Assembly (NCBI GenBank): GCA_022828125.1
Contig: JAJEJD010000019.1
Coordinates: forward strand, 78,875 to 142,874
DNA: 64,000 bases
DNA from: a bacterium
Lineage (GTDB): Bacteria > UBA8248
Direction: 5' to 3'
Position numbers and translations under genes: made by a program. Below are positions 25,003 through 35,557 of the stretch, piece by piece (the stretch's first letter is position 1; each line of letters starts with the position of its first letter). The notes under the pieces are model-generated. The model saw only the letters and a list, made by a program, of their open reading frames with translations, searched no databases and had not been told where the DNA came from.

Positions 25003-26022
25003 CTACAGCGTTCTTCCGGCGGCCTCTGCGAAAACCTTGAGTTCATCGACGAGGGCGGCGAACTTCTCGGGTTTTAGCGACTGCGGCCCGTCGCTCATCG
25101 CCCTCTCGGGTTCGGGGTGCATCTCCAGCATCAGGCCGTCCGCCCCGACGGCCACGGCCGCCTTCGCCAGGGGCGCGACGAACCGCCAGGCGCCCGCCGC
25201 GTGGCTCGGGTCCACCACGACCGGCAAATGCGTCTGCTCCTTGAGTACGGGCACGGCGCTGATGTCCAGCGTGTTGCGCGTGGCCGTCTCGAAGGTGCGT
25301 ATCCCCCGCTCGCACAGCACGACGTTCGGGTTCCCCTGGCTCATGATGTATTCGGCCGACATCAGGAACTCCTCTATCGTCGTGGACATGCCGCGCTTCA
25401 AGAATATCGTCTTCTTCGTCTTGCCGACTTTTTTCAGCAGCGAGAAGTTCTGCACATTGCGCGCGCCGATTTGCAGCACGTCCGCATATTCGCAGCACAC
25501 GTCGATGTCTTCTGAATCCATGACCTCCGTCTGGATGGGAAGGCCCGTTTTTTCGCGCGCCTCGGCGAGGAGTGCAAGGCCCTCTTCCGCCATGCCCTGG
25601 AAGCTGTAGGGCGAGGTGCGCGGCTTATAAGCGCCGCCCCTCAGGACGTGGCCGCCGCCCGCCTTCACCGCCTCGGCGGATTCCATGATCTGCTCCCTGC
25701 TCTCCACGGAGCACGGCCCGCCGACGATGATGAGTTGATCCCCGCCGATTTCCACTCCTTCGCCCATCGGCAACTGGCTGCGCTCGGGCCTTCCCTCCGC
25801 GCTCGCCAGTTTGAAGGGCTTGAGAATGGGCATCGCGCTTTCCACCCCATTCAACGACACAAGTGATTCCAGCATGTATTTCCCCCGTTCATCCCCGATG
25901 GCCCCGATCACCGTACGCTCCACCCCTTTGATGACGTGCTCCTTGTAGCCGAGTTCGTTGATCCTGCTGATGGCGTTCTGGATTTCCTCATCCGTCGCGC
26001 CCTGTTTCATCACGATAATCAA
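25003..26022 (-). CDS. aroF: 3-deoxy-7-phosphoheptulonate (DAHP) synthase, Thermotoga type with N-terminal ACT-like regulatory domain
   Basis: Strong collinear similarity to T. maritima DAHPS ([37 protein letters not shown]). TTG start giving MIIVMKQG with AAGGAG RBS 7 nt upstream. Confidence 0.9.
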   Translation of the reverse strand: MIIVMKQGATDEEIQNAISRINELGYKEHVIKGVERTVIGAIGDERGKYMLESLVSLNGVESAMPILKPFKLASAEGRPERSQLPMGEGVEIGGDQLIIVGGPCSVESREQIMESAEAVKAGGGHVLRGGAYKPRTSPYSFQGMAEEGLALLAEAREKTGLPIQTEVMDSEDIDVCCEYADVLQIGARNVQNFSLLKKVGKTKKTIFLKRGMSTTIEEFLMSAEYIMSQGNPNVVLCERGIRTFETATRNTLDISAVPVLKEQTHLPVVVDPSHAAGAWRFVAPLAKAAVAVGADGLMLEMHPEPERAMSDGPQSLKPEKFAALVDELKVFAEAAGRTL

Positions 26023-26337
26023 GATAAATCTCCTTTTCCTTTTTGAAATTTTCAGCGCTAGCTTCAAAAAAAATCGCCGTGAGGCTTCCCACGGCGAATG
26101 TGTCTCGATTGTCCGTGGCGGCCGGGCTGTCCGCCCGCCGCCGTTTTGTTTTCTACATCACGGCGCGCGGACGGACGGGGATAAAGCCGAAAAAGCAATA
26201 CCCGCCAAAATATCTTGTCGTCGTCCGCATCTTGCATGCCCCTGGATGTTCAAAAAAGTTTTATGCCCCTGAAAAACAAGGCCGTAAAATAATCCCGCCA
26301 AGCCGGGGAGTCAACCCCCCGGCGCCGGAATTTCAGA

Positions 26338-27504
26338 TTATTTCCGTTTTGCCGATACTTCGGTGAGTCTTCGCCGCTCCTTCCCCGATGGCCTGAGCAG
26401 CCTGCCCCCCAGAACCACGTGCGTCGCCTCGAGCATCCGCCTCCCCGTGCGCCGCGCTCCCATGGCGTCCTCGAAAACGAACCGGCCCTCCTTCACCCGG
26501 AACACGGCGACGTCGCCCCTGGCTTCCTTTCTGAGCGTCCCCACTTTGCCCTTGAGGCCGATCCACTCGGCCGCCGTCTGCGTGCTGAGCCGCACCACTT
26601 CGGCGAGAGGGAGTCCTAAGGCCAGAAACTTGCTCATGAGACTGGGAAAATCATACACAGGCCCGTGGATGCAGTGCGTATGGAGATCGGTGCTCAGGTT
26701 CCCCGGCATCAGACCCTGCGCCATGGCGCGCTCCATGATCTCGAAGCTGAAACTCGATCGTCCGTGCGCCACGTCGAGCAGCACGCCCGAATCCCGCGCC
26801 TCCCACACGGCGCGGCGCACCCGGCCGCTCCTATCGAGTATGTTCTCCCGCCTGCCGTGAAAGGCGTGCGTGAGCACGTCGCCGGGGCGCAGCCGCTTCA
26901 GAATGCTCGGCAAAGAAGAAGGCGTGTCGCCCACGTGCACCATGAGGGGGACTTTCAGACACTCCGCCGCTTCGAGGGCCGCATCTAGAGGCTTCGAGCC
27001 GCTTCGCTCCACCACGTTATCGCTCAAGCGCACCTTCATGCCGATCAAGTATTTCCGGTGAGCCTGATAGCAATCCACCGCCCTGTCGGCGCGCAGCGCG
27101 CGCATGTCGATGTTCTCGCCGAGGCCGTCTATCAACAACCCGCCTTCTGAGATGTTGAGATACGCGCGCACCGTCGGGCGCGCCTTCTCCAGGAACCATT
27201 CCTGGAAACCGGGATACGTCTGCGCGCCGGCGCTGCCCGTATCCACCGCCGTCGTCACGCCGCGCGAGAGCATGGCGGCCTCTAAATTCACGCCGTAGTG
27301 CGTAAAGCCCTCATAAAAATGGCAGTGGAGGTCGACCAGGCCGGGCGTGACGATTTTCCCCCGCGCGTTTAGTGTCTGTCTGCCTTTCGGCTCGATGTGG
27401 GGAGCCACCCTTCTGACGCGGCCGCGCGCGATCTCGACGTCCATCGTCCCCTCCAGGTTCTGTGATGGATCGATCACGTATCCGCCGCGTATGACGAGGT
27501 CCAT
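26338..27504 (-). CDS. Amidohydrolase-family metallohydrolase (dihydroorotase/deacetylase-like)
   Basis: Start at MDLVIRGGYVID. DLHCHF metal-binding motif. Confidence 0.65.
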   Translation of the reverse strand: MDLVIRGGYVIDPSQNLEGTMDVEIARGRVRRVAPHIEPKGRQTLNARGKIVTPGLVDLHCHFYEGFTHYGVNLEAAMLSRGVTTAVDTGSAGAQTYPGFQEWFLEKARPTVRAYLNISEGGLLIDGLGENIDMRALRADRAVDCYQAHRKYLIGMKVRLSDNVVERSGSKPLDAALEAAECLKVPLMVHVGDTPSSLPSILKRLRPGDVLTHAFHGRRENILDRSGRVRRAVWEARDSGVLLDVAHGRSSFSFEIMERAMAQGLMPGNLSTDLHTHCIHGPVYDFPSLMSKFLALGLPLAEVVRLSTQTAAEWIGLKGKVGTLRKEARGDVAVFRVKEGRFVFEDAMGARRTGRRMLEATHVVLGGRLLRPSGKERRRLTEVSAKRK

Positions 27505-27661
27505 GCGCAAGGCTCCTTTCATGCAACAAATGCGCAAACCGAGAACTTCGGCGAACGCCTAAGCGAACGAAATTGGTTCCGGGGCATTATTCCCCCGGCA
27601 GCGTTGAGGCGCAATCGCTGCGAAGAGGGATGAAACGCCTCCCGTGTAAATCAACGCAAAA

Positions 27662-27690
27662 TTGACAAAGCGAAAGCGTGAAATTATATT
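27662..27690 (+). promoter_or_regulatory. Sigma70-like promoter for the relBE module (-35 TTGACA, 17-bp spacer, -10 TATATT)
   Basis: Consensus hexamers with canonical spacing. AAGGAG RBS 5 nt before the antitoxin ATG. Confidence 0.55.
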
Positions 27691-27719
27691 GCGCATACCC
27701 ATGAACAAGGAGAAACGAG

Positions 27720-27899
27720 ATGGGTCGGAACGTCGCGAAAGATCTGGAAGATGTCGCGAACCACGAGGAAACCGGAGAGTTCGAAGACGCCGTCGACGCC
27801 GAAATGGCCGAGAAGATACTGAGAGACATTGAAGAAGGGCGTGAGCAACTCGTATCGGGACAAGAATTAACCGAGACCCTTGATCGCATCACCAAGTAG
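27720..27899 (+). CDS. relB: Small antitoxin (59 aa) paired with RelE/ParE toxin
   Basis: MGRNVAKDLEDVANHEETGEFEDAVDAEMAEKILRDIEEGREQLVSGQELTETLDRITK. Strong RBS. Stop overlaps toxin GTG start by 1 nt. Not in ORF track (under 60 aa). Confidence 0.5.
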   Translation: MGRNVAKDLEDVANHEETGEFEDAVDAEMAEKILRDIEEGREQLVSGQELTETLDRITK

Positions 27900-28159
27900 T
27901 GAATCCGTCCGAAATTCGGTATACGGACAGGGCGATACATGCCCTCGAAAAACTCCCGACCAAAAAGCTGAAACGACAGATAAGGAACAGGATTGACAGA
28001 TTGGCGGCTAGCGAGACGCATGGAGGAACGAGAGTCCGCGGGATTTCGAGCGATGTATACAGGATACGCTCGGGCGATTACCGGATTTTATATGCTCTTG
28101 AGGGCGGCTCCAGAATCACGATTCTCGACATCGGGCACCGAAAAGACATCTACCGTTAG
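27899..28159 (+). CDS. relE: RelE/ParE-family type II toxin
   Basis: 86 aa. YRIRSGDYRILYALEGGSRITILDIGHRKDIY is the family hallmark. Confidence 0.8.
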   Translation: MNPSEIRYTDRAIHALEKLPTKKLKRQIRNRIDRLAASETHGGTRVRGISSDVYRIRSGDYRILYALEGGSRITILDIGHRKDIYR

Positions 28160-28281
28160 CACAGATATTTAATGGAATTGTTTCAATATTACCTCACAAC
28201 TTATTGATTGGACAATTTTACAAGGTTTTATCAACTTGCCTATCGCATTCCCACCGAAAATCAAACCGCTGGAGCCATGAA

Positions 28282-29454
28282 ATGAGTCTGCAAACGGAAA
28301 CCACGCTTCAATTCGACCTCGACGAAACCCAGAAGATGCTCCGCCAGACGGTGCGCGAACTCTCGGAGCGCTATATCTCCCCGCGGGCCGCCGACATCGA
28401 CGAGAACGAGGAATACCCCGAGGACATCTACCAGCTCCAGAAAGAACACGGCCTGCTCGGCATCTTCTTCCCGGAGGAATACGGGGGCGGCGGAATGGGC
28501 TTTCTGGGCGGCTGCGTCGCCATCGAGGAGATCGCGCGCGTCTGCTCGAATTCGCCGCTGTTCATCGTGCTCAACATGCTCTCGAGCCGCGTCATCGACT
28601 TGAGCGGCACGCAGGAGCAGAAAGACCACTACATGACGGGCCTCGCGAAAGGCGAACTCAGAGGCTCCTACGCCCTCACAGAACCCCACGCGGGCTCCGA
28701 CGCCGGCAACATCCGCACCCGCGCCGTCAAGGAGGGCGACGAGTGGGTCATCAACGGCACGAAGTGCTTCTGCACGGGGCCGGACAAGGCGGACTTCATC
28801 ACCGTGGCCGCCAAGACCGACCCCCACGCGGGCACGCGCGGCATCACCTACTACATCGTGCCCACCGACGCGCCGGGCTTCAGCATCGCCAAGCACGAGC
28901 GCAAGATGGGAATGCGCGGCATCGCCACCTGCATGCTCAATCTCGACAACGTGGCCGTCCCGCTCGAGAACCAGGTGGGCGAGCTGAACGCGGGCTTCAA
29001 GACCGCGATGATCGGCTTCAACCAGATGCGGCCCGCCATCGGCTCGCGCGCGGTGGGTCTCGCCCAGGGCTGTCTCGACTACGCGGCGAACTACGCCAAG
29101 GAGCGCGAGGCGTTCGGCAAGCCCATCGCCCAGCACCAGGCCGTGCAGTTCATGCTGGCGGACATGTTCATGGACATCGAGGCGGCGCGCCTGCTCGTCT
29201 ACCGCGCGGCCGCGATGGTGGACGCCGGCCGGATCGGCAAGGAGAACGCCAGGTATTTCTCGACGGCCAAGACCTACGCGGCCGACATGGCGATGAAGTG
29301 CGCGATAGACAGCATCCAGGTCTTGGGCGGCGCCGGCTACATGAAGGACCACCCGCTGGAGCGGTTCATGCGCGACGCCAAGCAAATCCAGATCGTCGAG
29401 GGAACGAGCCAGATACAGCGGATGATCATCGCCCGGAACCTGCTCGACCTCTAG
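28282..29454 (+). CDS. Acyl-CoA dehydrogenase family protein (paralog 1)
   Basis: ACAD motifs YALTEPHAGSD, QIHGGAGY-like VLGGAGYM, C-terminal IYEGTSQIQR-like IVEGTSQIQRMII. Confidence 0.9.
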   Translation: MSLQTETTLQFDLDETQKMLRQTVRELSERYISPRAADIDENEEYPEDIYQLQKEHGLLGIFFPEEYGGGGMGFLGGCVAIEEIARVCSNSPLFIVLNMLSSRVIDLSGTQEQKDHYMTGLAKGELRGSYALTEPHAGSDAGNIRTRAVKEGDEWVINGTKCFCTGPDKADFITVAAKTDPHAGTRGITYYIVPTDAPGFSIAKHERKMGMRGIATCMLNLDNVAVPLENQVGELNAGFKTAMIGFNQMRPAIGSRAVGLAQGCLDYAANYAKEREAFGKPIAQHQAVQFMLADMFMDIEAARLLVYRAAAMVDAGRIGKENARYFSTAKTYAADMAMKCAIDSIQVLGGAGYMKDHPLERFMRDAKQIQIVEGTSQIQRMIIARNLLDL

Positions 29455-29467
29455 GAGTGGACCTGGG

Positions 29468-30634
29468 GTGACGGGAAAGGTGGATGCCAGGGGCGCGTTC
29501 GAACTTGACGAATCCCAGCGGATGCTGGCCGATACGGTGTATGAACTGAGCCGACGCCACGTCGCGCCGCGCGCCGCTGCGATCGACGAGAACGACGAAT
29601 ACCCCGAAGATATATTTCAGCTCTTGAAATCCCACGGCCTCCTCGGCCTCTACGTTCCCGAAGCCTACGGTGGCGCAGGACTCGGGATACTCGAAACCTG
29701 CGTCGCCATCGAGCAGATGGCGCGGTTTTGCTCGAACTCCCCTCTTTTCTTCTCCGTTCACCTGCTCGCCACGCGGCCCGTCGCCATCGGGGGGAGCGAG
29801 GAGCAGAAAAAAACCTATCTCACCGGCGTCGCGCGGGGCGAATTGCGGCCCGCCTTCTCGCTCACCGAGCCGCACGCGGGTTCTGACGCGGCGAACATAT
29901 CGACGCGGGCGGTCCGCGACGGCGATTCGTGGGTCATCAACGGCCAGAAATGCTACTGCACGGGCTCGAGCGTCGCGGATTTCATCACCGTGGCGGCGAA
30001 AACAGAACCAGATAAAGGGGCGAAGGGCATATCGTTCTTCATCGTTCCCAGGGGCGCATTCCGCGTGGGCCGCCATGAGCGGAAAATGGGGATGCGGGGG
30101 ATACCGACCTGTGAAGTCTTTCTCGAAAATGCGCGAGTCCCCCTGGAGAACATGATCGGCGAGCAAGGCCTCGGCTTCAAGACGGCCATGCTCGGCTTCA
30201 ACCAGGCGCGGCCCGCCATCGGCGCACGGGGGGTGGGTCTGGCGCAGGGGTGTCTCGATTACGCATCTGCATACGCCAGGGAGCGCGAGGCGTTCGGCAA
30301 GCCTATCGCGCAGCACCAGGCCGTGCAGTTCATGCTCGCCGACATGTTCATGGAAACCGAGGCCGCCCGTCTGCTCGTTTACCGCGCCGCCTCGATGGTG
30401 GATAATGGCGATTACCGGAAAGAACACGTGCATTTCATCTGCGCCGCGAAATGCTACGCCACCGACACCGCCATGAAGGCCGCCGTGGACGGCGTTCAGG
30501 TGCTCGGCGGCGCGGGCTACATGATGGACCATCCGCTAGAGCGGTTCATGAGGGACGCGAAGCAGTTGCAGATCATCGAGGGAACCAACCAGATACAGCG
30601 CATGGTCATCGCCCAGAATTTATTAAGTTTATAG
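29468..30634 (+). CDS. Acyl-CoA dehydrogenase family protein (paralog 2, tandem)
   Basis: Over 60% identical by eye to the upstream ACAD across the full length. Confidence 0.9.
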   Translation: MTGKVDARGAFELDESQRMLADTVYELSRRHVAPRAAAIDENDEYPEDIFQLLKSHGLLGLYVPEAYGGAGLGILETCVAIEQMARFCSNSPLFFSVHLLATRPVAIGGSEEQKKTYLTGVARGELRPAFSLTEPHAGSDAANISTRAVRDGDSWVINGQKCYCTGSSVADFITVAAKTEPDKGAKGISFFIVPRGAFRVGRHERKMGMRGIPTCEVFLENARVPLENMIGEQGLGFKTAMLGFNQARPAIGARGVGLAQGCLDYASAYAREREAFGKPIAQHQAVQFMLADMFMETEAARLLVYRAASMVDNGDYRKEHVHFICAAKCYATDTAMKAAVDGVQVLGGAGYMMDHPLERFMRDAKQLQIIEGTNQIQRMVIAQNLLSL

Positions 30635-30662
30635 TTTTCGTTCCCTATTACGGAGATTCGAG

Positions 30663-31271
30663 ATGAGCCAGACGATTGAAATCTTACAACCCACCTCTTT
30701 CGTCCGCGCGGGCGACCACCCCCTGGCGGAGCGGCCCGAAGACCTGGGCGGTCTCAAAATCGGCTTTTTCCACAACAACAAGCCCAACGCCGACGTCCTT
30801 CTCGAACGGATCGAGGAGTTGTTCGCCCAGGAGGACGAGACGCTGCGCTTCATCCGCTGGGGAAAACCGAATCCCACCCTCCCCGAGGATCGCCTCGAAG
30901 AATTCCTCGAACAGGTCGACGTGGCCGTCTGCGCGGTGGGCGACTGAGGGAGCTGCACGTCATGGAGTATCTATGACTCGGTGGAGATGGAAAAAGCGGG
31001 CGTTCCGACGGCCACGTTCTGCTCGAGCGAATTCTCGGCCTTGGGCGCGAACGAGAGAACTGCTTTGGGCATGCCCGGCCTTCCCATAGTCGTCGTGGCG
31101 CATCCGGTGGGCGGCATCGCGCCCGAACAAGCGCGCGCCCTGGGCGACGGCGCGGTGGAGGAGGTGCGGCGCATCCTCACGAGCGATGCCGAATCGCTCA
31201 GACGAGAATACCGGGAGCGCGAATACGTCCCGCCCCGAAAGACCCTGCGCCACAAGGCGCTCTTCGCATAG
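30663..31271 (+). CDS. UGSC-motif selenoprotein (202 codons, in-frame UGA at 30945-30947 read as selenocysteine)
   Basis: The two ORF-track fragments 30663-30947 and 30981-31271 are in the same frame. Reading through TGA gives ...AVCAVGD-U-GSCTSWS..., a UxxC redox motif. Candidate SECIS hairpin GTCAT-GGAGTATCT-ATGAC begins 11 nt after the UGA. Confidence 0.7.
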
Positions 31272-31283
31272 GCGGGCTTCGAT

Positions 31284-32360
31284 GTGAACGACCATTCTGA
31301 GGACAATCTCGTGTTTGAGAGCGAGCGCGTGAAGGTGCGCGACACGCCCGAGGCGATGGCGCGCCTGCTCGAAGCGAGAGGCTGGGGCGACGGCCTGCCC
31401 GTCGTTCCCCCCACGCCCGAGCGCGTCGCCCGGATGGTGGAGGGCTCAGGGCTCACGCCCGATGCGGAAATCGGCCTCATGCCCCCACGCCAGGGAGTCA
31501 TCTCCACCGAGGCCCTCGCCGTGAACGCCGTGATGGCCGGCTGTCATCCGTCGTACATGCCCGTTCTGGTGGCCGCGGTCCGGGCGGTGCTCGAACCCGA
31601 ATTCTCGCTCCACGCCATTCAGGCGACGACCCATCCGGTGGCGCCCCTCATCATCGTGAACGGTCCCATCGTCGAGGAAATCGGTTTGAACGCGGAGTAT
31701 GGGTGTTTCGCCCCCGGCAACCGGGCGAACGCGACGATTGGACGCGCGATGCGCCTGACGCTCCTGAACATAGGCGGCGCGAGCCCGGGCGTTCTGGACC
31801 GCGCCACGCAAGGCTCGCCCGCGAAATACGCGTTCTGCATCGCCGAGAACGAGTCGGCCTCCCCCTGGGAGCCGCTGCACGTCGAGCGCGGTTTTGCGGC
31901 CGATGAGAGCGCCGTGACGCTCGTGGGCTGCGAGGGACCCCACAACATCAACGATCACGTGAGCCACACGGCGGAGGGCATCCTCGCCACCGCCGCGGAT
32001 ACCATGTCCATCATGGGGAGCAATAATTTCTATCTGCGCGGAGAACCCGTTCTCGCCTTGGGCCCCGAGCACGCGGCGACCATCGCGGGAGACGGCCTCA
32101 CGAAAGCGGACGTGAAGGGGAGGATTTTCGAACTCGCCCGAAAGCCCGTGCGCCTGTTAAAGCGCGGCGCCATGTGGGGGATGCAGACCTGGGGCGAGGA
32201 AATAGCCGAACACGAAGACGACGATGATTTCGAGATCCCGCTTCTCGACGAACCGGAAGATTTGCTACTCATCGTTACGGGCGGCGCCGGCAAGCATTCG
32301 TGCTATATGCCCACCTTCGGCCCCACGCGCTCCGTGACTCGGAAGATCGATACTGGTTGA
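31284..32360 (+). CDS. Hypothetical protein (358 aa), operonic partner of the UGSC selenoprotein
   Basis: 12-nt spacing from the upstream gene. No family recognised by eye. Conserved-looking Cys-containing patch GGAGKHSCYMPTFG. Confidence 0.5.
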   Translation: MNDHSEDNLVFESERVKVRDTPEAMARLLEARGWGDGLPVVPPTPERVARMVEGSGLTPDAEIGLMPPRQGVISTEALAVNAVMAGCHPSYMPVLVAAVRAVLEPEFSLHAIQATTHPVAPLIIVNGPIVEEIGLNAEYGCFAPGNRANATIGRAMRLTLLNIGGASPGVLDRATQGSPAKYAFCIAENESASPWEPLHVERGFAADESAVTLVGCEGPHNINDHVSHTAEGILATAADTMSIMGSNNFYLRGEPVLALGPEHAATIAGDGLTKADVKGRIFELARKPVRLLKRGAMWGMQTWGEEIAEHEDDDDFEIPLLDEPEDLLLIVTGGAGKHSCYMPTFGPTRSVTRKIDTG

Positions 32361-32407
32361 GAGAAGTTTTTGGTACGCAAAACCGGTGTCTGCTCTTTTC
32401 CCGAAGC

Positions 32408-32998
32408 CTACGAAGCAGAGGTAGGCGGCGGCAAGAGGGCTTTCGCCTGTTCGACGACGGATTCCAGAAAGCTCCGGTCGGGAGAAACGCACGACAGCAC
32501 CCTCAGACCGAGGAACAGACCGAGCAGAGACTTCGCCGTTTGTTCCGGAGCAACTTCGGGGCAAATCTCCCCATGGGCCTGGCCCCGCTCGATGGAGGCG
32601 CAAAAGAACTTCGACATGCCGGCGAAAGCGTCGGCAATCAAAGAAGCCACCCCCTCATCGTGCGCCCCAAGCTCCAGGGCGGCATTGACTTCGAGACAGC
32701 CGTTTCGCGAACCATCCTCCACCGCGGCGGAGGCGGCGGTTTCGAAAACGGCCAGCACCGCCTCGCGCGGCGAGGGATGCTTTTCGAGTTCCTCGATGGG
32801 AGCTTCGCGGTAGAGCTGGTCGTAATGGTGGAGCGCCTGGACGAACATCTCACGCTTATCGCCAAATGCGTGATACAAACTGCCTCGAAAGAGACCCGTC
32901 GCCTCCTCGAGATCGCTGATCGATGTTGCAGAATAGCCGTGACTCCAAAATCGACTCATGATTTTCGCTAAAACTTCGTTCATATCGTACTTTGGCAT
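32408..32998 (-). CDS. TetR-family transcriptional regulator
   Basis: N-terminal HTH SATSISDLEEATGLFRGSLYHAFGDKREM. Convergent with the selenoprotein operon. Confidence 0.85.
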   Translation of the reverse strand: MPKYDMNEVLAKIMSRFWSHGYSATSISDLEEATGLFRGSLYHAFGDKREMFVQALHHYDQLYREAPIEELEKHPSPREAVLAVFETAASAAVEDGSRNGCLEVNAALELGAHDEGVASLIADAFAGMSKFFCASIERGQAHGEICPEVAPEQTAKSLLGLFLGLRVLSCVSPDRSFLESVVEQAKALLPPPTSAS

Positions 32999-33410
32999 TT
33001 TCCCCACGGGTCCTCTCCTCGTCCGCTCGGTGAAACATGGAATTCATTCGCATGCCACACTGCGGTTTGGTGGTTCCAGCCATCAATTTGAGTCAAAACT
33101 TATCACACGAAAAATCCGATTTCACGAAAAATCGCACCCACTCGAGGCCACAAAAAAGCCCCCCTGAAAAGGGGGGGTGGGGGGTTCGACAAGGAAGCTT
33201 GTTGAGTTCGGGGGGAACCGTGCTTCACTCGCTCTCCTCGCCTTGTAAGGCAACCCCCTGTCCCCCTTTTCAGGGGGGCAAAAGCAGCTCTCCCGGCGGG
33301 AGGTTTTCAACAGCCCCGTTCGCGTTGCCTCGGTTTCGGCCCCGTGCTAGATTTCCGTTTCCGGGGAAGATGACCATTCTTTTCTGATGAGATGCGAGAG
33401 GGAGAACCCA

Positions 33411-33803
33411 ATGGCGAAACAACAAATCAACTCCGATAAGGTGAAACCGGTCGCCGCGTATTCCACGGGCTGGAAGGTATCGAACGGACATCTCATCATG
33501 CTGGCGGGCCAGGTGGCGGTTGACGTAGATGGGAACACCGTCGGGGGCGAGGATATCAGAGGCCAGACCCGGCAGGTATACGAGAACATCAAGGCCGCGC
33601 TCGAGGCGGCGGGCGCCGGGATGGCGGACATTATCCGCCTGACCGTCTATATCACCGACTCTGCGAATGTCCCGGGGTGCATGGAAGTACGGCAGACATA
33701 CTTCAGCGAGCCGTACCCGGCGAGCACGCTCCTGATCGTGAGCGGCCTGGCGAAACCCGAGTGGCTCATCGAGATAGACGCGATCGCCTTCGTGGAAGAC
33801 TAG
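33411..33803 (+). CDS. ridA: RidA/YjgF-family reactive-intermediate deaminase
   Basis: Start at MAKQQINSDKVKP. AAYSTGWKVSNG...LTVYITD pattern. Confidence 0.85.
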   Translation: MAKQQINSDKVKPVAAYSTGWKVSNGHLIMLAGQVAVDVDGNTVGGEDIRGQTRQVYENIKAALEAAGAGMADIIRLTVYITDSANVPGCMEVRQTYFSEPYPASTLLIVSGLAKPEWLIEIDAIAFVED

Positions 33804-33807
33804 AAGC

Positions 33808-34662
33808 ATGAGCAGCCGCAGGTCCATCGCCGAGACGCTTGTGCTCGTCAAGGGAGGCGGCGACCTCGCCACCGGCGTGTCGCATCGCCTGCACCGCGCG
33901 GGTTTTCCGGTCGCGATCACCGAAATCGAAAACCCCACGATGGTGAGGCGCACCGTTTCCTTCGCCGAGTGTCTGTATGCCGATGGGTGGAGAGTGGAGG
34001 GCGTTACCTCCGTCCGGGCGGACGGCGAAACCCTTGCGGAAAAAGCGCAGAAGGCGCGCGCCATCCTGGAGGCGAGTTCGATTCCGGTAATGGTGGACCC
34101 GCAAGCCGAGGTGATCGATCACCTCCGGCCCGCCGTCGTGGTCGACGCGATTCTCGCGAAGCGAAACCTCGGCACGCGCATGGACGACGCGGAGGTCGTC
34201 GTCGGCCTCGGGCCGGGCTTCACGGCGGGCGTCGATTGCCACGCCGTCATCGAGACCTCGCGGGGACACGACCTGGGAAGGGTTATTCTTGAGGGCGCAG
34301 CAAAACCCAATACCGGCGTTCCGGGCCCCATCGGCGGCTACACCACCGAGCGGCTGCTGCGGGCGCCCCAAGCCGGCGTCTTCACCTCCATCGCCGGGAT
34401 AGGCGACGCGGTGAGGGCGGGAGAGGCCGTCGCCCGCGTGGACGACGCCGAAGTGACCTCCGCCATCGACGGCGTTTTGCGGGGGCTGTTGAGAAACGGC
34501 ATCGAGGTACCTGCCGGCTTCAAGGTGGGCGACGTCGACCCGAGGGCCGAGCCCGCCCATTGCCATACGATATCGGATAAATCGCGCGCCATCGGAGGCG
34601 GCGCGCTCGAGGCCATCATGATGTTTCTGTTCGGCGTTTCAGCCATGGAGTATGCGAATTGA
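33808..34662 (+). CDS. Conserved protein, possibly YqeB-family selenium-dependent molybdenum-hydroxylase accessory protein (tentative)
   Basis: 284 aa, N-terminal Gly-rich VKGGGDLATG. Assignment rests on gene context (adjacent MoxR/VWA/YqeC-like/XdhC) and an imperfect recollection of the family; needs an HMM check. Confidence 0.35.
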   Translation: MSSRRSIAETLVLVKGGGDLATGVSHRLHRAGFPVAITEIENPTMVRRTVSFAECLYADGWRVEGVTSVRADGETLAEKAQKARAILEASSIPVMVDPQAEVIDHLRPAVVVDAILAKRNLGTRMDDAEVVVGLGPGFTAGVDCHAVIETSRGHDLGRVILEGAAKPNTGVPGPIGGYTTERLLRAPQAGVFTSIAGIGDAVRAGEAVARVDDAEVTSAIDGVLRGLLRNGIEVPAGFKVGDVDPRAEPAHCHTISDKSRAIGGGALEAIMMFLFGVSAMEYAN

Positions 34663-35543
34663 CTACCGAAATCTTGACCGAAACGGTGAAAAACGGAACC
34701 TACCGGATCGGGCGCAGCGAAATCCCCATCAACGAGACGAACGGCAACTCCTTCGTTCCCCCGGAGCAATTCTATCTGGCGGCGGGTGACGCGCTCGAGC
34801 GAATCGCTTGGGCGGTGAGCAGGAACCTGCCCGTCCTCCTCGTGGGGGAGACCGGCGTCGGCAAGACCCTCTCGGTGCGCCACCTCGCCCACATGACGAA
34901 CAACGGCTTCCGGCGCGTGAACCTGAACGGCATGACCACGGTCGACGAGTTCGTGGGCAAACTGATGATCAACGAACAGGGCACCTACTGGGTGAACGGC
35001 ATCCTGGTCGACGCCATGCAATCGGGCGACTGGCTGCTCATCGACGAGATCAACGCGTGCCTGCCCGAAATCGCCTTTTGCCTGCACAGCCTGCTCGACG
35101 ACGACCGCATGATCGTCTTGTCGGAATACGACGGCCGCATCGTCAAGCCGCATCCGAATTTCAGGCTTTTCGCCAGCATGAACCCGCACGAGGACCGCAG
35201 GTACGGCGGCACCAAGCCCCTGAACGAGGCGCTTCTGGACCGCTTCCCGGTCACCGTGAAGATGGACTACCTGCCCTTCGACGCGGAAGTCGAGGTCATC
35301 ATGCAGCAGAGCGGGAACAACGATGAGGAACTCATCAAGCGCATGGTGCGCGTGGGCCACGACGTGCGCGAGGCCATGCAGAACGAGAAGGTGTTCTGCA
35401 CGTTCAGCACCCGGCGCCTCATCGACTGGGCGCGCATGGCGGCGCAGTTCGACCCCATGGATGCCGCCGTCTCGACCATCTTCAGCAAGGTCAACTCTTT
35501 CGACGCCAAAGTGCTCGAGGACATCGTAGACAACCACTTCTAG
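34659..35543 (+). CDS. MoxR/CbbQ/NorQ/CoxD-like AAA+ ATPase (AAA_5)
   Basis: Walker A LLVGETGVGKT, Walker B LLIDEINA, arginine finger region. TTG start overlapping the upstream stop. Confidence 0.85.
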   Translation: MTTEILTETVKNGTYRIGRSEIPINETNGNSFVPPEQFYLAAGDALERIAWAVSRNLPVLLVGETGVGKTLSVRHLAHMTNNGFRRVNLNGMTTVDEFVGKLMINEQGTYWVNGILVDAMQSGDWLLIDEINACLPEIAFCLHSLLDDDRMIVLSEYDGRIVKPHPNFRLFASMNPHEDRRYGGTKPLNEALLDRFPVTVKMDYLPFDAEVEVIMQQSGNNDEELIKRMVRVGHDVREAMQNEKVFCTFSTRRLIDWARMAAQFDPMDAAVSTIFSKVNSFDAKVLEDIVDNHF

Positions 35544-35557
35544 CCGGGAGATGAGGC

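Noticed and set aside
30948-30980. Treating 30663-30947 and 30981-31271 as two separate small genes
   Set aside because: Same frame, no RBS before the second ATG, and the junction reads as a UGSC selenocysteine motif.
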